A stretch of DNA of 64,000 bases from an uncultured Candidatus Saccharibacteria bacterium (GTDB taxonomy: Bacteria; Patescibacteriota; Minisyncoccia; UBA6257; UBA9933). The notes beneath the pieces were generated by a model. It was not told where the DNA came from. It saw nothing but the letters and a program-made list of their open reading frames with translations, and did not search any database. The DNA lies in contig CAZXNT010000001.1 of the NCBI GenBank assembly GCA_964642155.1, positions 65,238-129,237 on the forward strand. The letters are read 5' to 3'. A program made the position numbers and the translations under genes. Each line of letters begins with the position of its first letter. Position 1 is the stretch's first letter. Of the stretch, positions 57,791 to 64,000 are shown in pieces.

Positions 57791-59159
57791 CAATACTTTC
57801 TCCTTGTGAAGGAATAACTGCGTCAATCGCCATTTCATCCCTGATTTTATCCAATAGAGGTTTTGACTGGTCTTCGTCGCCTTGCACCACAAAAACTTTT
57901 TTTAATGTCTTGCTTCGAGGCCTCAACCATTCCATTAATTTTTTCTGGTCCGCGTGCGCCGAATATCCGCTGATTGTTTTTATTCTGCAATTAACTGCTA
58001 TGTCTTCTCCGAAAATTCTCACGTTCTTTTCTCCTTCTAGAATCTGCCTGCCCAAAGAATCTTTCGCCTGATAACCGATAAATAAAATCGCGCTTTTCGG
58101 ATCGGATAAATAACGCATTTCATGATGTAAAATCCTTCCTCCCTGCGACATTCCGCTTCCGGCAATAATTACCTTGGGACCCTTCACATCATTGATTTCT
58201 TTTGATTGCTGAGTGGTTAAGGTAAATTTTAATCCCGGAAAATCAAAGATAGCATCGCCCTTTCTTATTAAGGCCAGCGATTCGGCATCAAAATAATCGG
58301 GGTTTTGGGAATATTTTTTGTAAACCTCGGTAAGTTTTATCGCCAGCGGACTGTCAATAAAAACCGGCAAACGGGGAATCCGCCCGTTTTCAACAAGTTC
58401 GTTCATTTCATACAAAAGGTCCTGCGTGCGTTCCATGGCAAAAGCCGGAATTATAAGCGTTCCGCCAACTTTCACGGTTTCTTCAATCGCATCCTCTAAA
58501 ATATCTTTTCTAATAGCCAAGTCTTCGTGTAAACGATTGCCGTAAGTTGATTCAATTAAAACATAATCAGTGTCAGCCAGTGGTTCCGTATCTTTTACCA
58601 ATGGCGTGGCGACATTGCCCAAATCTCCGGAAAAAACAACTTTTTTGCCTTTTTTGTCTTTTACTAAAATAGACGCCGAACCGAGAATATGACCGGCATC
58701 AAAAAATTCAATCTCAAACCCGTTATCCGGCGAACCAATCTGAATTTTCTGATGATATTTAACTCCCTCCCACAATTTCATCATTTCATTAACATCTTCA
58801 ATCGCATAAATCGGAGCGCGATTTCTTTTTTCTGCTTCTTTATATAAAATATTTTCCGAATCAATTAATGAATATTCGCTAAAATCTTTCGTCGGCGCGG
58901 TGGAAAAAATTTTCCCGCGGAAGCCATGTTTATAAAGTTTCGGCAAACGGCCGATATGGTCAATGTGAGCATGAGTGATAAAAACCGCGTCAATTTCTTT
59001 GGGGTCATAAGGGAACTTCTCAAAATTGAGATTTTCGCAAAAAGACGAGCCCTGAAAAAGCCCGCAGTCAATTAAAATTTTTACGCCATCTGTTTCCAAT
59101 AAATAATTGGAGCCAGTTACCACCCCCGCCCCGCCGTGAAAAGTAAGTTTCATGCTCAT
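57783..59159 (-). CDS. MBL-fold beta-CASP family RNA-metabolising hydrolase
   Basis: Metallo-beta-lactamase motif HAHIDHIG within LTFHGGAGVVTGSNYLLETDGVKILIDCGLFQG, plus a beta-CASP-like C-terminal region. Confidence 0.7.
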   Translation of the reverse strand: MSMKLTFHGGAGVVTGSNYLLETDGVKILIDCGLFQGSSFCENLNFEKFPYDPKEIDAVFITHAHIDHIGRLPKLYKHGFRGKIFSTAPTKDFSEYSLIDSENILYKEAEKRNRAPIYAIEDVNEMMKLWEGVKYHQKIQIGSPDNGFEIEFFDAGHILGSASILVKDKKGKKVVFSGDLGNVATPLVKDTEPLADTDYVLIESTYGNRLHEDLAIRKDILEDAIEETVKVGGTLIIPAFAMERTQDLLYEMNELVENGRIPRLPVFIDSPLAIKLTEVYKKYSQNPDYFDAESLALIRKGDAIFDFPGLKFTLTTQQSKEINDVKGPKVIIAGSGMSQGGRILHHEMRYLSDPKSAILFIGYQAKDSLGRQILEGEKNVRIFGEDIAVNCRIKTISGYSAHADQKKLMEWLRPRSKTLKKVFVVQGDEDQSKPLLDKIRDEMAIDAVIPSQGESIEL

Positions 59160-59248
59160 AATATTTTAAATTATAACTCAAAATCTATTTTCAGCAAAGA
59201 GCTGTGATATAATATCAATATATGTTTCTACCGATTCTTTAATCTTTT

Positions 59249-60628
59249 TTGGGGATTTTGGCATTTTTGCCTTTTGATTATTTCTGGCCATTTGGTTTTT
59301 TTTATCTTGTTCCGCTTTTTATTTTTTTAATTAAAGAAAAAAGTTTATGGAAATTATTGGCCGGCGGTCTTGTTTTTCGAGTAATTTTTAGTCTCGGAAC
59401 GGTTTATTTTACCTTAGAACCAATTCTCTGGCTACTTTCAATCCCGCTTTTTTTAGGCCTTCCAATTTCTGTTTTTTTTCTTAAAAAATTCTTAAACCGT
59501 TTTAATAATTCCTTAATTCTTAATTCTTACTTCTTAATTCTATCTTTGCCGTTCCTCTGGGCTTTTTTTGACCATTTTCAAGCCCGTTTTTCGCTCTTCC
59601 CGACTTATATAATGACTGCCGGCAATTCATTGGGCTCATCGCCATTTCTCGGACTGGCTTCAATTAGCGGATTAATTTCACTTACTTTTTTTGCGGCTTT
59701 AATAAATACTTTAATCGCTATTTTGATTTTAAAAATAAAATCACAAAATACCAAAATCATAATTCTTAATTCATTATTAGTAATTTTTATAATAATAAGC
59801 GCTTGGCAAATTTCCCAACTTCAACTTCAAAAAAATTCTGAAACCTATGAAAATCTTGAAAATTCTTTTAAAATCGCCGCTGTTTCCGTTAATGAAAATT
59901 TCAACTATTCCGATTTAGAAAAAATCAAAAATAAAATAATAAACAACGAAATTGATTTCTTAATCCTGCCTGAAGATATTTTTAATAACTCGCCCCAAGA
60001 ATTAGATCTAAAATTTTGGCGCGACTTTGCTCAAAAAATAAACGCTGGTCTTTTAGCAACCGGCGACCGACAAGAAAACAACAAACGCTATGATTCAAGC
60101 ATTTTAATGGATAAAAACGGTAAAATTGCCGATATTTACGACAAAAACCGCCTGACTTTTATAGGCGAATACTGGCCTTTCGGCAAATGGATTCCCTTCT
60201 ATCTTAACTGGTTAAAAAAAACTCAGCCGGAAATCAAAAATTACGCGGTTTTTAATTTTAAAAATGCTTATTCTTCCGGCAATCAAAAACTGCTAACCGT
60301 AAAATCAAAAAATGGAGATCTTAAATTTGCTTCTCTGATTTGTTTAGAAATTCATTATCTCCGCGATTTGAAAAATTATAAAAAAATGGGAATACAACTC
60401 TTTATTAATCCCACCAGCAACCGTTGGCTGGATTTAGGTTTGTACCATTTTTTATATCTGACTAATAATTTAAGAAAGATTGAATCTGTTTGGCTAAAAG
60501 CGCCGATTGTTTCAAGCGGAGTTAAAGATTATGCTGGAATTATTGAGCCGACAGGCATTAGCCGCTTGATTAATTTTGAAAATCAAAATAAAAATTACGG
60601 ATTATTTCTGGGAGAAGTTAGGTATTAA
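59249..60628 (+). CDS. lnt: apolipoprotein N-acyltransferase-like protein (multi-TM N-terminus plus CN-hydrolase domain)
   Basis: Six or seven N-terminal TM helices. Nitrilase-fold E/K/C triad candidates (LPEDIF, DKNRLTFIGEYWP, ASLICLEI). Confidence 0.5.
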   Translation: MGILAFLPFDYFWPFGFFYLVPLFIFLIKEKSLWKLLAGGLVFRVIFSLGTVYFTLEPILWLLSIPLFLGLPISVFFLKKFLNRFNNSLILNSYFLILSLPFLWAFFDHFQARFSLFPTYIMTAGNSLGSSPFLGLASISGLISLTFFAALINTLIAILILKIKSQNTKIIILNSLLVIFIIISAWQISQLQLQKNSETYENLENSFKIAAVSVNENFNYSDLEKIKNKIINNEIDFLILPEDIFNNSPQELDLKFWRDFAQKINAGLLATGDRQENNKRYDSSILMDKNGKIADIYDKNRLTFIGEYWPFGKWIPFYLNWLKKTQPEIKNYAVFNFKNAYSSGNQKLLTVKSKNGDLKFASLICLEIHYLRDLKNYKKMGIQLFINPTSNRWLDLGLYHFLYLTNNLRKIESVWLKAPIVSSGVKDYAGIIEPTGISRLINFENQNKNYGLFLGEVRY

Positions 60629-60699
60629 AATATTATTTCGTAAGAAATAGCGGTGGCGGCGCTCAGGAAAACCGAAAGGTTAATAAAAAACATTGATAA

Positions 60700-60860
60700 A
60701 TTTTATCCCGTTAGAAGCAGAATATCCTGCGGCTTTGCCGCGGGGATGAATCCCGTTAGAAGCCACAATCGCGGATCGCGATCTGCTTCTAACGGGATGG
60801 ATGCCATCATTTTAACAGCTAGCGCGGAGTTTAATACCCCGTATAAGCTTCTAACGGGAT
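60700..60860. repeat. cluster of four copies of a 15-bp motif ATCCCGTTAGAAGC(A/C), two forward and two inverted (REP/BIME-like)
   Basis: Forward copies at about 60703 and 60754, inverted copies at about 60783 and 60846. Lies in the convergent intergenic region. Confidence 0.6.
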
Positions 60861-61169
60861 TTATTGAAGCTGTTGAGGAAATTGTATCTGCTGAATGTTC
60901 AATTTCGGAACCAATAATCCTTGCGCGGCCATCCAGTCAAGCAACCAAGGGCCGACTACAAAATAACTGAGCAAAGCCCAGGCAATGGCAAAAACGATAA
61001 TAATTATACCCTCTCTTCTGTGATTTTTTTCTAAAAGCAAAACGATGCCGTATATCAATCCGGCAAGGGCGTGAATAAAAGCGATAATAATTCCAATCCA
61101 AAACCATTTCTTGCCCAGTTTAAATTTATCAACAGAAATCATCTCCACTTGATTGTCGGTTATGTTCAT
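60861..61169 (-). CDS. small two-TM membrane protein
   Basis: Hydrophobic helices WFWIGIIIAFIHALAGLIYGIVLLL and IIIIVFAIAWALLSYFVVGPWLL. Confidence 0.4.
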   Translation of the reverse strand: MNITDNQVEMISVDKFKLGKKWFWIGIIIAFIHALAGLIYGIVLLLEKNHRREGIIIIVFAIAWALLSYFVVGPWLLDWMAAQGLLVPKLNIQQIQFPQQLQ

Positions 61170-61204
61170 ATTTTTATTTTATTTATAATTTCTATCGACC
61201 TTAA

Positions 61205-61627
61205 TTAATAACTCGGTATCACTTCATATACTCTGGGTTTGAAACCTATATTAACGGAAGTTTGATAAGAACTTGTTCCGTCAACAGTGCTACAAGTAAG
61301 GGTATAAGTGGTTGCTTGGGAAGGCCTTACGCTCTTAGAGCCCAGAATAGAGTTTACACTGCCTATGCCTTGGTTAATTGAGCAAGAGTCAGAACCTTCG
61401 TTCGGTCCGCCTCCGACATAACGGCAATCCCAGGAAAGAGTGGAAGTAGCGGGAAGAACTTCAATAGTGGAAGGATCGGCGGAAAAAGTGCAGTTGGGAT
61501 ATTTAAACACGGTTACTTGAACGCTGTCGGAAAGAGTTTTGTTTTTTTGAGGGAATTCGCAACTCATGGAATAATTGTATTGTTTGCCCTTACCGGGATT
61601 AGATATTCCCCTGGCTATTCTGCCCAA
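61205..61627 (-). CDS. Ig-like Cys-pair domain protein, possibly the C-terminal part of a frameshifted gene
   Basis: LSWDCRYVGG ... TTYTLTC module as in 5996..7477. TTG start. The open frame continues upstream to 61697. Confidence 0.35.
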   Translation of the reverse strand: MGRIARGISNPGKGKQYNYSMSCEFPQKNKTLSDSVQVTVFKYPNCTFSADPSTIEVLPATSTLSWDCRYVGGGPNEGSDSCSINQGIGSVNSILGSKSVRPSQATTYTLTCSTVDGTSSYQTSVNIGFKPRVYEVIPSY

Positions 61628-61721
61628 ATCTTGAGAAGCCGAAGCTGGGCCTTTGTTGTCGCTCCAATCTCCGGAAGCGGTGCAGGAAGCGGCAACTATC
61701 GTATCCCATCTAAGGCTTACA

Positions 61722-62486
61722 TTATCTCTGGCAACGAAAACATTGAGGGGGCCCGTCTGAATTATTGGCTTTGAGGTCTAGTTTGATGCAATCGGTATAT
61801 GCATACATTTCCGGATATCTGTATTGTTGACCGTTTTTGTTGGTTAATACTACGTCGTATTTATAAGTGATGTTTAGAGCTAAATTGCTGTCTGTGTATG
61901 AGAAGCTGGTGTTGTATGGGGAGGGTTGAACAATGGTGTTTAATGTCCCTTGGTTTATTAAAGCGCCGTCTCTGTATATTCCATATTGGTAAGCGTCTGT
62001 GACGCTATATAATAAAGTAAATCCGGTTACGCAATTTCCATCTGAGCTTACAGTCGGAGTCGCTGTTTGACTTTGTAATGTGGGAGAACCAGGAGAGCCG
62101 GCGACGCCTTGCCGTGGAGAAGCGCCTCCACCACTGCTGTTGCCATCGCCTCCGCCGCCGCCTCCGCCGCATTCATTATTTTTTACAAGACTAGTAGCAA
62201 CACCGGCGCCACTTTGTCCTCCCCCTCCTTGAAAAGCAAGCATACCAGCGGCTGTTTTATTACATGGAAAAACTTTTGCCCCTATTACTCCCCAGAAAAT
62301 TGATGTTTGAGTAAATGACGCACCGAAGATGGCAAGAACAGTTGTTGCTGGCTTTGGTATAACTCTAATAACCTCTTGAACAGCCCGAACAGCGCCTCTT
62401 GCCTCGGCAGTTTTAATTGGAAAACCGTAAAACAATACCGTTAAAATCAAAAAAGAAATAAAGAACTTATTTGAAAAGACTTTCAT
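61722..62486 (-). CDS. secreted Gly-rich hypothetical protein
   Basis: Signal peptide MKVFSNKFFISFLILTVLFYG. Poly-Gly region ECGGGGGGGDGNSSGGG. Confidence 0.45.
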   Translation of the reverse strand: MKVFSNKFFISFLILTVLFYGFPIKTAEARGAVRAVQEVIRVIPKPATTVLAIFGASFTQTSIFWGVIGAKVFPCNKTAAGMLAFQGGGGQSGAGVATSLVKNNECGGGGGGGDGNSSGGGASPRQGVAGSPGSPTLQSQTATPTVSSDGNCVTGFTLLYSVTDAYQYGIYRDGALINQGTLNTIVQPSPYNTSFSYTDSNLALNITYKYDVVLTNKNGQQYRYPEMYAYTDCIKLDLKANNSDGPPQCFRCQR

Positions 62487-62585
62487 TAACTTAATTTTAA
62501 CAAATCAAAAAATAAGCGCAAGAGTTGGACTGTGGATAACTAAAAATGGGAAGGACGCTGTGCCCTCCCCATAAAATCAATAAAT

Positions 62586-63113
62586 TTAAATCTCCCGCTC
62601 CTCTATCAGCTCGTACTGATAAGAAATGGTATTAGATTTCCTTCCGGTGCTGTCTTTCAAAAAGATGAGATACGTTATAGTATCTCCTGATTTTAATTCT
62701 ATAATATCCTTGGCTTCAAGCAAGGGAACAATGATCTGAAATTTTCCCGCCTCAAAAGCATCCATTTTAAATTCAGACGCCTTTCCCAAATCCGGAGCAA
62801 ACCTCAAATTGGTTATAACATTTGATTCCATAACCAATCCACTTCTCTCAATAATATAACCGATGGTGAACTTTGCCTCTGCGAGTCCACCATTAATATT
62901 ATCAAAAGAAAAACTGAGGCTTAAATCTTCCCCGTTTTTCACAATCTCAAAATCTTTTATCGCCGGCATGCCGTTATAATCCTCGGCCATCAATTCGGCG
63001 CCAAGGGCAAAAATAAAAAGAACAACCAAAAACCATACTAAAGATTTCAAATTTTCTTTCATTTTATTATACCTCCATAATCTTTTGAGCGGTTGAAAAC
63101 CGCTGTTTATCAA
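62586..63113 (-). CDS. secreted hypothetical protein
   Basis: Probable start MKENLKSLVWFLVVLFIFALG (signal peptide) at about 63062. Confidence 0.4.
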   Translation of the reverse strand: MINSGFQPLKRLWRYNKMKENLKSLVWFLVVLFIFALGAELMAEDYNGMPAIKDFEIVKNGEDLSLSFSFDNINGGLAEAKFTIGYIIERSGLVMESNVITNLRFAPDLGKASEFKMDAFEAGKFQIIVPLLEAKDIIELKSGDTITYLIFLKDSTGRKSNTISYQYELIEEREI

Positions 63114-63160
63114 GTTGCGCTTAAATTATACTTAAATTTAAATAAAAAGTCAACCCCAAA

Positions 63161-64000
63161 TCACGCGCCGCCGACCATTACGGTCTGGCTATTTATCAAG
63201 CGTTGGTAAGTTTTGCAGGTTTTTAACAATTCATTATGCTTGCCTTCGCCGACTATTTTCCCCTTTTCCATCACAATTATTTTATCGGCGTCTTTTATGG
63301 TTGATAAGCGATGGGCAATAATAATGGTTGTTCTGCCTTTTGACGCCCTTTCAATGGACGCGCGGATAAGCGTTTCATTTTCCGTGTCCAAGCTTGATGT
63401 CGCTTCGTCAAAGATTAAAATTGACGGATTTTTAATAAGCGCGCGGGCGATGCCGACTCTTTGACGTTCGCCACCGGAAAGTTTTATGCCCCGCTCGCCG
63501 ATAATCGTGTCAAAACCGTTCTCTAATTTAGAAATAAATTTGTCAATGCAAGCCATTTTCGCTACTTGTTGTAATTGCTCTTCGGATACGGCCCGCTGAT
63601 TAAGAATGCCGAAAATAATATTGTATCGCAAAGTGTTGTCAAAAAGAGAAATGTCTTGCGACGCTACTCCGATATGCGAACGAAAATTTTTTAAATCAAG
63701 ATTTTTTAAATCAACGCCGTCAATTAAAATTTGACCTTTTTCGGGGTCATAAGCGCGAATAAGTAAATGCGCCAAACTTGTTTTGCCAACGCCAGAAGGG
63801 CCGACAATCGCGACTTTTTGCCCGGGCTCAATTAAAAGATTGATATTTTTTAAAACATATTCCTTGCCGGTTCTTTTATTACTTTCAATAATTTTGACGG
63901 TTTTCTTGTTTTCATTTTCATTAATATATTCCCGTTTCGGATATTTGAAATAAATATCTTTAAATTCAATTTTACCGGATAATTTTTCAAATTTAACGGG
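63161..64000 (-). CDS. ABC transporter ATP-binding domain (exporter type), gene continues past window end
   Basis: ABC signature LSGGERQRVGIARAL and Walker B ILIFDEATSSLD. Walker A GPSGVGKTSLAHLL is encoded upstream of the ORF-track M, so the gene extends beyond 64000. Confidence 0.8.
   Translation of the reverse strand, partial: PVKFEKLSGKIEFKDIYFKYPKREYINENENKKTVKIIESNKRTGKEYVLKNINLLIEPGQKVAIVGPSGVGKTSLAHLLIRAYDPEKGQILIDGVDLKNLDLKNFRSHIGVASQDISLFDNTLRYNIIFGILNQRAVSEEQLQQVAKMACIDKFISKLENGFDTIIGERGIKLSGGERQRVGIARALIKNPSILIFDEATSSLDTENETLIRASIERASKGRTTIIIAHRLSTIKDADKIIVMEKGKIVGEGKHNELLKTCKTYQRLINSQTVMVGGA

Noticed and set aside
60653-60970. 105-aa plus-strand ORF across the convergent intergenic region
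   Set aside because: Its sequence is a translation of the CCCGTTAGAAGC repeat cluster (PVRS repeated), and it overlaps the 3' end of the opposite-strand membrane-protein gene.

Overview
The window is AT-rich and gene-dense, with most genes on the minus strand. The overall repertoire fits a Candidate Phyla Radiation (Patescibacteria)-type bacterium, which is an inference from gene content, not a database result. Supporting features are a split transketolase, a type IV pilin with stand-alone receiver proteins, a sortase, giant lamin-tail-domain surface proteins and many small membrane-anchored hypotheticals.

Housekeeping genes I recognise by motif:
- ksgA, a UvrD/PcrA helicase, a YifB/ComM ATPase, a DksA/TraR-family protein and xerD
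- tktA/tktB halves, rpe, gap, rpiB and a SpoU/TrmH methyltransferase
- recO, secD, secF, pgeF, DedA, DsbA and glyA
- a Mur ligase, ruvA, rpsT, pnp, rpsO, an amino-acid permease, MgtC, a beta-CASP RNase and an Lnt-like protein
- five tRNAs: Leu-TAG, Arg-CCT, Ala-GGC, Gly-TCC and Arg-CCG

Accessory and unusual content:
1. A four-gene minus-strand operon at the left edge contains a VirB6/TrbL-like polytopic membrane protein and a large secreted protein.
2. At least three families of short repeats sit in-frame inside conserved genes (ksgA, uvrD, the Mur ligase, rpe). These are a 34-bp palindrome family with six copies, GAATTCT heptamer tracts, and a structure-conserved double-hairpin element.
3. 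A DUF4258/DUF2283 toxin-antitoxin cassette is bracketed by an 84-bp direct duplication of the gap 3' end.
4. A three-copy MITE-like element, with terminal inverted repeats ATCCCTCACCCTTCAAAGAT, abuts the start codon of a minus-strand gene in each copy.
5. Two simple-sequence tracts lie in front of surface-protein genes. A (CT)12 tract separates an out-of-frame ATG from a tail-fibre-like repeat protein. A G12 tract sits between a -35-like hexamer and a perfect TATAAT upstream of a DUF3494/LPNTG adhesin.
6. A GC-elevated island of about 4.6 kb lies between a MITE copy and tRNA-Arg(CCG). It carries an HTH-Panacea antitoxin with a partner toxin, an N-terminally truncated DNA methyltransferase, a sortase, and its probable LPNTG substrate.

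I found no rRNA or CRISPR array.
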